Shown: piece after piece, positions 20,056-29,833 of the stretch
How positions within the stretch are numbered: position 1 is the first letter of the stretch
Layout: every line of letters starts with the position of its first letter
DNA from: Candidatus Eiseniibacteriota bacterium
Lineage (GTDB): Bacteria > Eisenbacteria > RBG-16-71-46
Direction: 5' to 3'
Assembly: GCA_016710095.1 (NCBI GenBank)
Contig: JADJLL010000005.1
Location: 78,354 to 142,353 of the forward strand
DNA length: 64,000 nt
Notes under the pieces: generated by a model
Database searches by the model: none
What the model saw: only the letters and a program-made list of their open reading frames with translations
Told to the model about the DNA's origin: nothing
Position numbers and translations under genes: made by a program

Positions 20056-20963
20056 TCGCGCAGCTCCTTTCCGGTCAGCGCGAGGAACGCCGCCTGGAGG
20101 CTGGCGGCGCGCACGTCGAGGTCGCGCACCGCGTGGCCCGCGCCGCGCACGCGCGCGAGCAGTTCGGGAAGTTCGGCCGCGACGTCGGTGACGCTCGCGG
20201 TGAGCGCCGTGCCGCCGCCGTCGAGCGCGAAGCCCTCCGGCGCCGTCGCGATCGCCCGCTCGAGATGCAGCGTCAGCCGGCGCGCGGGCAGCCCCGCCAC
20301 CGCGACCAGCTCGGCGAGCGAGCCCTGCGCCACGGCGCGGCCGTGATCCATGACCACGATGCGCTCGCAGCGCGCCTCGGCTTCCTCGAGGTAGTGCGTC
20401 GTCACGAGAATGGCGGCGCCCGCCGAGCGCAGCGCCGCCAGCATGTCGTAGAGCTTCTCGCGGCTCTGCGGGTCCACGCCGACGGTGGGCTCGTCGAGCA
20501 GCACGACGCGCGGCTCGTGCAGCACGCCGCACGCGAGATTGAGCCGGCGCTTCATGCCGCCGGAAAAGTGCTTCACGCTTTCCTTCGCGCGATCGCCGAG
20601 CCCGGTCCACTCGAGCGCCCACGCGACGCGCGCGCGGAGCTTGTCGCCGGAGAGGCCATTCAGCGCTCCGAACACGTTCAGGTTTTCGCCCGCGGTGAGC
20701 AGCGGATAGAGCGCCAGCTCCTGCGGCACCACGCCCAGCTCGGGGCGGGCGGAGTCGGGCGAGAGTTCGCGGTCGAACAGCGACACCCGTCCACCGTCGA
20801 GGCGGACGCGGCCGGCGAGCGCGCGCACGAGCGTCGTCTTGCCGGCGCCGTTCGGGCCGAGCAGCCCGAGCATCTCGCCCGCGCGCAGGTCGAACGAAAG
20901 CCCGCGCAGGGCTTCGACCGTTCCGAATCGTTTGCGCGCGTCCTGGATCCGCAGCGCGATCAT
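20052..20963 (-). CDS. ABC transporter ATP-binding protein
   Basis: Walker [10 protein letters not shown]. Signature FSGGMKRRL. Walker B LLDEPT. Confidence 0.85.
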   Translation of the reverse strand: MIALRIQDARKRFGTVEALRGLSFDLRAGEMLGLLGPNGAGKTTLVRALAGRVRLDGGRVSLFDRELSPDSARPELGVVPQELALYPLLTAGENLNVFGALNGLSGDKLRARVAWALEWTGLGDRAKESVKHFSGGMKRRLNLACGVLHEPRVVLLDEPTVGVDPQSREKLYDMLAALRSAGAAILVTTHYLEEAEARCERIVVMDHGRAVAQGSLAELVAVAGLPARRLTLHLERAIATAPEGFALDGGGTALTASVTDVAAELPELLARVRGAGHAVRDLDVRAASLQAAFLALTGKELRE

Positions 20964-21218
20964 GCGTGCCTCCCGGGGAATGAGGTCCGGCGCCGGACGG
21001 TCTGTCCGGCCGGCACAAGGTGCGGCCCGGGCGGCCGCTCCGCCACGCACATGCGGCGTACGGTCGCGGTGGGCCGACGAACGGTCGAGAGGGGCCGCCC
21101 GGCGGAACGGTTGCCCGCCGGGGTGGTGCAGCGTAGCTTTCGCCGCGATCACTCCCCCCGAGCATCCCGCGCGCAACCTGCGAACGTTCGTCCCCTCGAA
21201 TCGACAGGAGGTCGCTCC

Positions 21219-22675
21219 ATGCCGAACCGATCCCGACTCTTCTTCTTCACCGCCGCGCTGAGCCTGCTGCTCGCCGGCAGCGCCCTGGCCGCGAACGCCG
21301 ACCGCTACTGGAACGTCACCGGCCTCGTGGGCTTCGGGCAGTTCTCCGACAATCTGTTCTTCCCGCACGACTCGCTCGCCGACGCGCCCATGCTCGGGCT
21401 GCGCCTCGGACACGTCATGAGCGAACGCTGGGGCTACGAACTGGCGGGCGCGTGGTCGCCGACAGGGGCCGAGGCGCGGGCGCCGAGGAAGACGTCACGT
21501 ACCTCAACGCCTCGGGCAGCCTCTGGTTCTCGCCGATCACGACGCGGCTCGGCTCGCCGTACGCCGCCGCGGGCGGCGGCTGGACGCGCCGCTCGGCGAG
21601 CAGCATGGACGACGACTCGCACTTCGGCACGTTCGAGCAGGCGCTCGGATGGATGGCGCCGATCAACGACAAGACGTCCTTCCGCCTCGAAGCGCGCAAC
21701 GTGCTCAACGTGCAGCGCACGCACTGGGGCGAGGCGAACAAGGCCGACCAGCAGTATTGGGCGGGGCTGACGTTCTCGCTCGGCGGCGCTCCGAAGGATG
21801 CCGACGCCGACGGCGTGCCGGACAAGAAGGACAAGTGCCCGGCGACGCCCGCGGGCGCGACGGTGGACGCAAACGGCTGCCCGAGCGACTCGGACGGCGA
21901 CGGCGTCTGGGACGGTCTCGACAAGTGCCCCGGCACGCCGAAGGGCGCGACCGTGGACGCGAGCGGCTGCCCGAAGGACACCGACGGTGACGGCGTGTAC
22001 GACGGCCTCGACCAGTGCCCGGACACGCCGAAGGGCGCGACCGTGGACGCGAAGGGCTGCCCGAACGATTCCGATCGCGACGGCGTGCTCGACGGTCTCG
22101 ACAAGTGCCCGAACAGCCCCGCGGGCGCGAAGGTGGACGCGAGCGGCTGCCCGATCGACTCCGACGGCGACGGCGTGTTCGACGGTCTGGACAAGTGCCC
22201 GAACACCGCGTCCGGCGCCAAGGTGGACGCGGACGGCTGCCCGATCGTGGTGACCGAGCGTGAAACCGAACTGCTCGACACCGGCATGATCCGGCTCCAG
22301 GGCGTGAACTTCGAAACGGGCAAGTCGGACATCCTGCCCGAGTCGTTCGGCATCCTCGACGACGTGGGCGCGATCCTGCGCAAGTGGCCCCAGCTGCAGA
22401 TCGAAGTCGGCGGCCACACCGACTCGCGCGGCGCGACGGCGGCGAACCAGTCGCTCTCCGAATCGCGCGCGAACGCCGTGCGCGCGTACCTGCTGCAGAA
22501 GTTCCCGGACATCCAGGCCGCGCAGATGACGGCGAAGGGCTACGGCGAATCGAAGCCGATCGCGCCGAACAAGGGCGCCGCGAACCTCGCGAAGAACCGC
22601 CGGGTCGAGTTCGTGGTCCTGAACAAGGACGTGCTCAGGAAGGAAATCGAGCACCGCCGCACGCTGCAGAAGTAA
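21219..22675 (+). pseudogene. OmpA family protein with TSP3 repeats (paralog 2), apparent frameshift near 21465-21490 (pseudogene or sequencing error)
   Basis: N-terminus MPNRSRLFFFTAALSLLLAGSALA...ELAGAWSPTGAEA (ATG 21219, AGGAGG RBS) is homologous to paralog 1 but runs into junk. The rest (EEDVTYLNASGSLWF...TSP3 repeats...OmpA domain) is in another frame (ORF 21452..22675). The frame switch is inside acaggggccgaggcgcgggcgcc. Confidence 0.6.
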
Positions 22676-22695
22676 CCGAACGCATCATCGGCGAA

Positions 22696-22733
22696 GGCCC
22701 GGCGCTCGCATCCCGAGCGCCGGGCCTTTCGCT
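22696..22733 (+). terminator. Rho-independent terminator after OmpA paralog 2
   Basis: GGCCCGGCGCTCG catcc CGAGCGCCGGGCC followed by TTTCGCTTG. Confidence 0.55.
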
Positions 22734-22836
22734 TGCGCACGGAACGGCGCGGGCCGGTAAGATGCGGCGCCGCGCGGCAGCCACGCGCGCTCCATCCTCT
22801 CCGCTCGATCCGCGCACACGCTCGAGGGCCCATCGC

Positions 22837-24024
22837 ATGTCCATCGCCACCCCGAACTTCACGGGCGCGCACGCCGACGAACTCGTCGCGGTCCGGCGCG
22901 ACCTCCACCGGCATCCCGAGCTCGGCTTCCGCGAAGTCCGCACGTCCGGCATCGTCGCCGAGCGCCTGCGCGCGCTGGGGCTCGATCCGAAGACGGGCGT
23001 GGGCGTGACCGGTGTCACCGCGCTGGTGAAGGGCGGCAAGCCCGGCAAGACCGTGCTGCTCCGCGCCGACATGGACGCGCTGCCGATCCAGGAAGAAAAC
23101 GACACGCCGTATCGCTCGCAGATCGACGGCGTCATGCACGCGTGCGGGCACGACTGCCACGTGAGCATCCTGCTCGCGGTCGCGCGCGCCCTCGTCGCCG
23201 ACGCGGCGAACATGGCGGGCGACGTGCTGCTCGTGTTCCAGCCGTCCGAGGAAACCGGCGGCGCGAAGGGCGGCGCCGAGGCGATGATCAAGGCCGGCGT
23301 GCTCGATGCGCCGAAGCCCGACGCCGCGTTCGGCCTGCACGTGTGGCAGGACCTGCCGCTCGGCATCGTCGGCGTGACCGAAGGCCCGTGGATGGCCGCG
23401 GTGGACGAGTTCACGGTGACGGTGAAGGGCGTCGGCGCGCACGGCGCGATGCCGCAGGCCGGCATCGACCCGATCGTGTGCCTCGCGCACATGGTCACCG
23501 CGCTGCAGACGCTCGCCTCGCGCAACACCGATCCGTTCCAGGAACTGGTCGTGAGCGTGACGCAGCTGCGCGCGGGCAGCGCGTTCAACATCATTCCCGA
23601 GACCGCGTGGATGAACGGCACGATCCGTGTTTTCGACGACGCGCTGTGGGCGAAGATCCCGGGCATGTTCGAGCGCGTCGTGCAGGGCGTCGCCCAGGCG
23701 CTCGGGTGCGAAGCGCACGTGCACTTCGAGCGCGGCAACCAGCCGACCGTGAACGATGCCGCGATGTGCGCGCTCGCGCGCGCGGCGGCGGTCGAAGTCG
23801 TGGGAACGGAGCGCGTGCGCACCGACGTGCGCACGATGGGCGGCGAGGACTTCGCCGCGTTCCTCGCGCGCGTGCCCGGCGCGTTTCTCGCCATCGGCTC
23901 GCGCAACGAATCGCGCGGCCTGATCCACGAACATCATCATCCCAAGTTCGACGTCGACGAGGACGTGCTCCGCATCGGCGCCGAAGTCCTGCTTCGCACC
24001 ACACGGAGGTTCCTCGCGTCATGA
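22837..24024 (+). CDS. M20 family amidohydrolase (hippurate hydrolase / N-acyl-amino-acid amidohydrolase type)
   Basis: MSIATPNFTGAHADELVAVRRDLHRHPELGFRE...MHACGHD...EE motifs, 395 aa. Confidence 0.8.
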   Translation: MSIATPNFTGAHADELVAVRRDLHRHPELGFREVRTSGIVAERLRALGLDPKTGVGVTGVTALVKGGKPGKTVLLRADMDALPIQEENDTPYRSQIDGVMHACGHDCHVSILLAVARALVADAANMAGDVLLVFQPSEETGGAKGGAEAMIKAGVLDAPKPDAAFGLHVWQDLPLGIVGVTEGPWMAAVDEFTVTVKGVGAHGAMPQAGIDPIVCLAHMVTALQTLASRNTDPFQELVVSVTQLRAGSAFNIIPETAWMNGTIRVFDDALWAKIPGMFERVVQGVAQALGCEAHVHFERGNQPTVNDAAMCALARAAAVEVVGTERVRTDVRTMGGEDFAAFLARVPGAFLAIGSRNESRGLIHEHHHPKFDVDEDVLRIGAEVLLRTTRRFLAS

Positions 24025-25376
24025 CGACTCGACATGGCATGCGGCTCGCCGCAATCGCGCTGGCCGGCGCCCTGACGCTCGGCGCCGCCGGCGCCGCGCG
24101 CGCCGAATGGATGCAGCCCGACCCGACGTACCGCGAGGCGCAACAGGCGCTGAAGGACGCGGCGCGCGACACCGTGGGTCATGGTGACGACGCGGCGCGG
24201 CTCGCGACGCTCGGCGCCGCGCAGCTGCGGATGTGCAAGCCGGCCGACGCCGAGAAGACGTTCTGGCGCGTGCTCGCGCTGCAGCCCGGCAACGCCACGG
24301 CGCTCGCGGGGCTCGGCAAGCTCGCGTCGTACCGCGGCCGCGACGCGCAGGCGGAGTCGCTGCTCGTGCTCGCCGGCGACTTCGAAGGCGTCGCGCGCGA
24401 CCGCTACGCCCTCGCGATCCGTCGCGAGGACTGGAAGGCCGCGCTCGCGCTCGCGCCGAAGCTCGAGGAAGAGAGCGGACGCGTGCCGCAGCTCGAAGCG
24501 CTCGCCGAGGCGCCCGCGACCACGGTCGAGTTCGGCGAAGGCGGCGGGCTCGTGAACTTCGACCGCCCGTGGCCGGTGCCGCTCGTGAAGGCGAAGCTCA
24601 ACGGCCAGGTCGTGCTCATGGCCGTGGACCTCGGCGCGAGCGAAGTGCTCGTCGATCCGTCCGCGGCGCGGCTCTGCCGCGTCACGCAGCTCGAAGGCGA
24701 GCGCAGCCTCGTGTGGCTCGGCGGCCGCGTGAGCGCGCGCAACGGCCTCGTCACGAGCGTGACGCTGGGCGGCATCACCGTGCGCAACCTGCCCGCGGCG
24801 ATCACGTCGCTGCGCAAGTACAGCCTCAACGTGAACCCGCAAGGAGTGCCGATCGCGGGCGTCATCGGCCTGCCGGTGCTGCGCCGCATGGGGCTCACGC
24901 TCGACTTCAACGCGAACCGCCTCGAGGTCGCGCGGGCGACCCCGGCGCCGCCCACCGGCGCGGTCCGCGTCCCGTTCGAGATGTGGGGCGAGGGCGAGAT
25001 GGTCGTGTACGGCTCGCTCAACGGCGGCCGCCGGATGGCGATCCAGGTGGGCACGGGCCTGCCGGAAGCGGGCATCGGCGCGGCGTCCGAAGTGTTCGAG
25101 GAGTTCGGCGTGAAGCCGGGCAAGCTCGCGAACGCGGTGCGCAGCATCGGCGCCGTGCTGCAGGGCCGTCCGTGGTCGCGCGTGACGGTGCCGACGCTCG
25201 CGTTGGGCTCGATCGTCGGCGACAAGGTCCCGGGCTGGGGCGGCGTCGTGGACGTGCAGGAGTTCTGGCGCCATGGCATCCGCCGCGACGCGATCCTCGG
25301 ACCCGCGTTCTTCCGTGACCGCCGCGTGACGGTGGACTGGGAGAAGCGCGAGCTGGTGTTCGCGCCGCGCCGCTGA
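24020..25376 (+). CDS. Secreted TPR-repeat protein with C-terminal retropepsin-like (clan AA) aspartic peptidase-like domain
   Basis: ATG overlaps the M20 stop (ATGA). Signal peptide MRLAAIALAGALTLGAAGAARA. TPR-like region (FWRVLALQPGNATALAGLGKLASYRG). The C-terminal half resembles the bacterial gag-Asp-protease fold (KLNGQVVLMAVDLGASEVLVD) but with DLGA instead of the canonical DTGA. Confidence 0.5.
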
Positions 25377-25440
25377 CGCCCGCACCAAGCCGCCGCCGAG
25401 AGCCCCGATCGGCGACTCGTCGGGGCGTTCGGCCGGCGCG

Positions 25441-26016
25441 TCACTTGCCGCCGTGTTCGTGCTCCTCGTGCTCGCCAGATTCGGAAGGCTCGCCCGCCGC
25501 CACCGTGTCGGGGGCGGCGACGCCGGACATCTCGCGTTCGGGGTTGGCGTTCGCCGAGCGCACGAGCTGGCCGTCCACGCGCACGTTCGCGCCGTGCTCG
25601 TACACGAGCTCGCCGCCTTCGTGCCCGGCCACGCCGACCATCACCGCGGCGCCGATCTGCAGCACGAGCGCGAGCGCGGACACCGCCGCGGCCGCCGGCC
25701 CGGCGAGGCGCGACGCCACCACGAGCGCCGCGAGCGCGCCGCCCGCCAGGTAGAACGTGCGCTGGCCCAGATCGCGATGCTCGTCGATCGCCTCTTCGCT
25801 CACGCCCTGCTGGTCCTCGGGCACTTCGTGCGCCGCGAAGCCCGAACGCATCGCGGCGAACGAGCCAAGGAAGCCGAACACGAGCAGCAGGACCGACGCC
25901 TTGCGCACCCACTCGCGATCGAACAGGCGGCCGACGATGGCGAAGAACGCGCTGAAGATGAGCAGCGCGATGGGCGTGTGCACGATCTGCGGATGGAACT
26001 GGCCGAGTGCGTCCAT
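25441..26016 (-). CDS. DUF2231 family membrane protein with His/Glu-rich C-terminus
   Basis: MDALGQFHPQIVHTPIALLIFSAFFAIVG (the HPxxVHxPIAL signature). Four TMs. The C-terminus ends EHEEHEHGGK. Confidence 0.55.
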   Translation of the reverse strand: MDALGQFHPQIVHTPIALLIFSAFFAIVGRLFDREWVRKASVLLLVFGFLGSFAAMRSGFAAHEVPEDQQGVSEEAIDEHRDLGQRTFYLAGGALAALVVASRLAGPAAAAVSALALVLQIGAAVMVGVAGHEGGELVYEHGANVRVDGQLVRSANANPEREMSGVAAPDTVAAGEPSESGEHEEHEHGGK

Positions 26017-26153
26017 GAGTTCGGGCTCTCCGGAAAGAAGTGGCGGCAATCGCGTGGCGCGCGGCGGAGGCTAGTCCCCGCGCGCGCACGCCCGCAAGCG
26101 TCACGCGCCGAAACGCTGGCGCACGCACGGGCGCGCGGCTAGATTCCGCGCCC

Positions 26154-26840
26154 ATGGCCGACGCCCCCCGCCGTTCTCCCGTGCTTTCGGTGCTCTTCTC
26201 GCTCGTCTGGACCGCCCTCGAGGCGGCGCTGCTCGCCGCCGGGCTGGGCGGCTTCGAGCGACTCGTGCGTGACCCGCGCGCGCTCACGCTGCTCGCGCTC
26301 TTCGCGCTCACGGGCATGCTGCTCTCCGTGCGCCGGCCCTCGCGCGCGCAGGACATGGCCGTGAAGCGTCCCGATCCGTTCGCGATGGCCGTGCTGTTCG
26401 TGATCCCGCTGCTCACGCCCATGGCCGCCGCCTTCGGCGCGAGCCGCGCGCTGTTCACGCTGCCGCACGCGAACACCGTGTCGTGGTGCGGCGTGGCGCT
26501 GGTCGCGATCGGGCTCACCGTGCGCGTGTCCGCGATGCTCCAGCTGGGGCCGCGCTTCTCGCCGCTCGTGTCGGTGCAGCGCGAACACGCGCTCGAGACG
26601 CGCGGGCTCTATGCGATCGTCCGCCACCCGGGCTACCTCGGGGCGCTGCTCGCCGACTTCGGCAACGCGATCGCCTTCGGGAGCGCCCTCGCGCTGCTGC
26701 TGCCGGTCGTGATGCTCGTGGCACAGCTCGCGCGCATCCGCGCGGAGGAGGCGCTGATGGCCGAGCGCTTCGGCGACCAGTGGGGCGCGTACGTGCGGCG
26801 CACCGGCGCGCTGCTCCCGCGCCCGGCCCGGCGCTCCTGA
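26154..26840 (+). CDS. Isoprenylcysteine carboxyl methyltransferase (ICMT/PEMT) family membrane methyltransferase
   Basis: Multi-TM protein with the VRHPGYLGALL and EE..L...FG..W..Y C-terminal signature. Confidence 0.65.
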   Translation: MADAPRRSPVLSVLFSLVWTALEAALLAAGLGGFERLVRDPRALTLLALFALTGMLLSVRRPSRAQDMAVKRPDPFAMAVLFVIPLLTPMAAAFGASRALFTLPHANTVSWCGVALVAIGLTVRVSAMLQLGPRFSPLVSVQREHALETRGLYAIVRHPGYLGALLADFGNAIAFGSALALLLPVVMLVAQLARIRAEEALMAERFGDQWGAYVRRTGALLPRPARRS

Positions 26841-26908
26841 GGCGTCGCTCCAGCCTCAAGCGCCGTGCGTGCTTGCGGCCGTTCTGGCCCTGCCCCTAGA
26901 CTGCGGCC

Positions 26909-27670
26909 ATGCGCATCTCCTATCACGTGATCTCGGCCCCGTCGCCCCTGGGCCTGCTGTTCGTCGCGGCCACCGAGCGCGGCCTGCGCTACGTCGAGTA
27001 CATGGACAAGCGCAGCCTCAAGCGCACGATCGCGGCGCACGCGCCCGAATGCCCCGGCGCCGTCTGGGAGCACTCCGTGCGAGGGCTGCGCCCGCTCGCC
27101 GACCAGCTCGAGCAGTGGTTCTCCGGCGCGGCGCGCCACCTGAACCCGCCGTTCGATCTGGCGGGCTCGGAGTTCCAGCTCAAGGTGTGGAACGCGCTGC
27201 TGCGGATCCCGTACGGCGAAACGCGCAGCTACGGCGACATCGCCAAGGAGATCGGTGAGCCGAAGGCCGCGCGCGCCGTGGGCCTCGCCGCCAACCAGAA
27301 CCCCGTGATGATCTTCGTGCCCTGCCATCGCGTGCTGGGCGCGGACGGCAAGCTCGTCGGCTACGCCGGCGGCCTGCCCCGCAAGAAGTTCCTGCTCGGA
27401 CTCGAGTCGCGCTTCCGCGACATGCTGCCGCTCGAGGCCGATCGCGTCATCGCCGCCGCCACCGTCAAGGTGAAGCGCGCGAGTGCGCCGGCCCCCGCCC
27501 GCCCGAAGGCGAGCAAGCCCGGTCGACCGCGCCGCACGGCCGCGCCCGTTCCATCCTCCCGCATCGAAACGCGCAAGCGCACGCCCGTGGCTGCAAAGCC
27601 CACGCCGGCGGGCGCGCGCAAGCTCGTCGCATCCCCGGCAGCTCCGCGCCGGGTTCGCCGGGCCGACTAG
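26909..27670 (+). CDS. ogt: Methylated-DNA--protein-cysteine methyltransferase with Lys/Pro/Arg-rich histone-H1-like C-terminal tail
   Basis: Active-site motif PCHRV. YGETRSYGDIA helix-turn-helix. About 80 aa basic low-complexity extension (KVKRASAPAPARPKASKPGRPRRTAAPVPSS...AAPRRVRRAD). Confidence 0.8.
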   Translation: MRISYHVISAPSPLGLLFVAATERGLRYVEYMDKRSLKRTIAAHAPECPGAVWEHSVRGLRPLADQLEQWFSGAARHLNPPFDLAGSEFQLKVWNALLRIPYGETRSYGDIAKEIGEPKAARAVGLAANQNPVMIFVPCHRVLGADGKLVGYAGGLPRKKFLLGLESRFRDMLPLEADRVIAAATVKVKRASAPAPARPKASKPGRPRRTAAPVPSSRIETRKRTPVAAKPTPAGARKLVASPAAPRRVRRAD

Positions 27671-27712
27671 ATTCGCCACGGCGGAGCCCGTCCGCCACGA
27701 GGAGCCCCACTC

Positions 27713-28681
27713 ATGTCGTCCCGCTCGTTCCGCATGGCCGCCGCCGCGCTCGCGCTGCTGGCGCTGGCCGCGCCGTCGGTCACCGCGAAGCAGATCCGGA
27801 TCAACGTCACGAACTTCGACTTCACGCCGCGCTACGCGTCCATGAACCAGGGCGACCACGCCGTTTGGATCTGGAACAACACGGCGCACACCGTCACGCA
27901 GGGTGACACGGCGAACGTGCCGGTCACGCCGACGCCGGGCTCGGCGAAGTTCAACTCGGGCGACGCGAGCCTCACGAGCGCGACGTACACGTGGAAGTCG
28001 AACACGACCGGGCTGATCGAGTACTACTGCATCCCGCACTGGCCGAGCATGGTCGGCGGGCTCGACATCGTCTCCTCGGGCGCGCAGGGGCTCTCGGACT
28101 TCCGCATCACCGAGGTGCAGTACAACATCGCGGGCAACGCCGACCTCATCGAGATCACGAACCTCGGCGCGACGGGCGACCTCGGCATGTACCGCCTGAA
28201 GGTCTCGGGCGCCGGGCTCTCGACCGGCAACATCCTCCGCAACGGTTCGTCGAAGACGCTGCCGGTTTCCGCGGGCGCGAAGTTCATCATTCATGTGGGT
28301 GCGTCCGGCATCAACGACGCGAACAACCTCTACTTCTCCGGCATCCCCGGCCTGCCCGACGCGGCGGGCTCGGTCGCGCTCTACGTGCCGAACAACGTGA
28401 ACACCTCGCTGACGCTGTCGAGCATGCTCATCGACTACGTCTCGTGGGGCTCGGGCGGCCAGGAGAACGAGGCCACCGCGGTGAGCGCCAACCTGTGGTC
28501 GAGCTCCAACGCGGTGCCGCTCGTCGCTTCCGGCAGCTCGATCGAGTTCTGCGGACAGAGCGGGCAGTACGGCGCCGCGCGCTGGTACGAGAACCCGACG
28601 CCGAACTTCGGCGGCTCGGACAACTGCCTCACGCCGGTGACGCCCACGACCTGGGGCCGCATCAAGGTGCTCTACAAGTAG
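27713..28681 (+). CDS. Secreted blue-copper (cupredoxin/plastocyanin-like) protein fused to lamin-tail-like domain (paralog 1)
   Basis: Signal peptide MSSRSFRMAAAALALLALAAPSVTA. Type 1 Cu ligand pattern H (QGDHAVWIW) ... C-x2-H-x4-M (YYCIPHWPSM). Then an LTD-like segment FRITEVQYNIAGNADLIEITNLGATGDLGMYRL and a conserved C-terminal module. Confidence 0.7.
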   Translation: MSSRSFRMAAAALALLALAAPSVTAKQIRINVTNFDFTPRYASMNQGDHAVWIWNNTAHTVTQGDTANVPVTPTPGSAKFNSGDASLTSATYTWKSNTTGLIEYYCIPHWPSMVGGLDIVSSGAQGLSDFRITEVQYNIAGNADLIEITNLGATGDLGMYRLKVSGAGLSTGNILRNGSSKTLPVSAGAKFIIHVGASGINDANNLYFSGIPGLPDAAGSVALYVPNNVNTSLTLSSMLIDYVSWGSGGQENEATAVSANLWSSSNAVPLVASGSSIEFCGQSGQYGAARWYENPTPNFGGSDNCLTPVTPTTWGRIKVLYK

Positions 28682-28842
28682 GAAACCGGCGCCGCGCCCG
28701 GCGCCGGACGCGCCGTTCAGTCGCGCGAACCACGATCGCCATCCTCCCGCCCGGGGGATGGCGATTTCCGTTCCGTGTTCGGCCACGTTTGTGCATCATG
28801 ACGGCCCCCCTCCTCACGAGCGCCCGCCGCGCGCACGTCCTC

Positions 28843-29802
28843 ATGCCTTCCCGGAGTCGCCCCATGCCCCGCCGTCTTCGCCGACTCACGCTCGCCCTGT
28901 TCACCGCCGTGCTGTGCGCCGCCTCGGTCGCGAGCGCGCGGCAGATCCGCGTCGACCTGTCCGGCTTCTCGTTCACGCCCTCGAACGTGACGCTCAACCA
29001 GGGCGACCACGTCGTCTGGGTCTGGGTCGGCGGCACGCACTCGGTGCTGAGCGGCGCGAACGCCGTCGCGGACGGCATCTTCAGCAGCGGCTCGTTCGGC
29101 TCCGCGCAGACGTTCACGTGGAAGTCCGATCGCACCGGCGCGCTCGAGTACTACTGCGGCTTCCACGGACTGAGCATGGTCGCCACGCTCAACCTCGTCG
29201 CCTCCGGCGCGAGCGCCTCACTCGCGGACTTCCGCATCACGGAAGTCCAGTACAACGCCGCGGGCAACGCGGACCTCGTCGAGATCACGAACCTCGGCTC
29301 GACGAGCGACCTCGGCAAGTACCGCCTGAAGATCTCGGGCGCGACCGTGCAGACGCTCGCGATCGGAGCGAGCACGAACATCGCCGTTCCGGCGGGCGGG
29401 CGCGTGGTGCTGCACATCGGCCAGTCGGGCACGAACACGACGACCGACCTGTTCTTCAATCTCCCCGCGGGCCTGCCGGACGCGGCGGGCTCGGTCGCGC
29501 TCTACGTGCCCAACACGCAGACGCCCGCGCTCACGCTCGCGTCGCAGATGGTCGACTACGTCGCGTGGGGCGCGGCCGGCCAGGAGAACGAGGGCACCGC
29601 CTCGAGCGCGCTCGTGTGGACGTCGGGCACCTCGGTGGGCACGGTCGCGGCCGGGCACTCGATGGAGTTCTGCGGGCAGAGCGGGCAGTACGGCGCCTCG
29701 CGCTGGTACGAGAACCCGACCCCGAACTTCGGCGGCTCGGACAACTGCCTCACGCCCGTCACGCCCACCACGTGGGGGCGGATCAAAACGCTTTACCGGT
29801 GA
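28843..29802 (+). CDS. Secreted cupredoxin plus lamin-tail-like domain protein (paralog 2)
   Basis: Signal peptide MPRRLRRLTLALFTAVLCAASVASA (alternative in-frame starts at 28798 and 28864). Same H...CxxHxxxxM pattern (YYCGFHGLSM). FRITEVQYNAAGNADLVEITNLG. The last 40 aa are nearly identical to paralog 1. Confidence 0.7.
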   Translation: MPSRSRPMPRRLRRLTLALFTAVLCAASVASARQIRVDLSGFSFTPSNVTLNQGDHVVWVWVGGTHSVLSGANAVADGIFSSGSFGSAQTFTWKSDRTGALEYYCGFHGLSMVATLNLVASGASASLADFRITEVQYNAAGNADLVEITNLGSTSDLGKYRLKISGATVQTLAIGASTNIAVPAGGRVVLHIGQSGTNTTTDLFFNLPAGLPDAAGSVALYVPNTQTPALTLASQMVDYVAWGAAGQENEGTASSALVWTSGTSVGTVAAGHSMEFCGQSGQYGASRWYENPTPNFGGSDNCLTPVTPTTWGRIKTLYR

Positions 29803-29833
29803 TGCCGAACGGGGCGCGGCGAGATTCCGCAGC

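Noticed and set aside
21415-22654. Two long minus-strand ORFs (365 and 406 aa) across OmpA paralog 2
   Set aside because: Antisense of the TSP3 repeat region. The Ser/Pro and Arg/Ala repetitive translations mirror the coding repeats, and there is no independent support.
26633-28786. 717 aa minus-strand ORF spanning the ICMT, ogt and cupredoxin genes
   Set aside because: Antisense artifact. Each plus-strand gene has clear family motifs and the minus-strand translation is Arg/Gly-rich noise.
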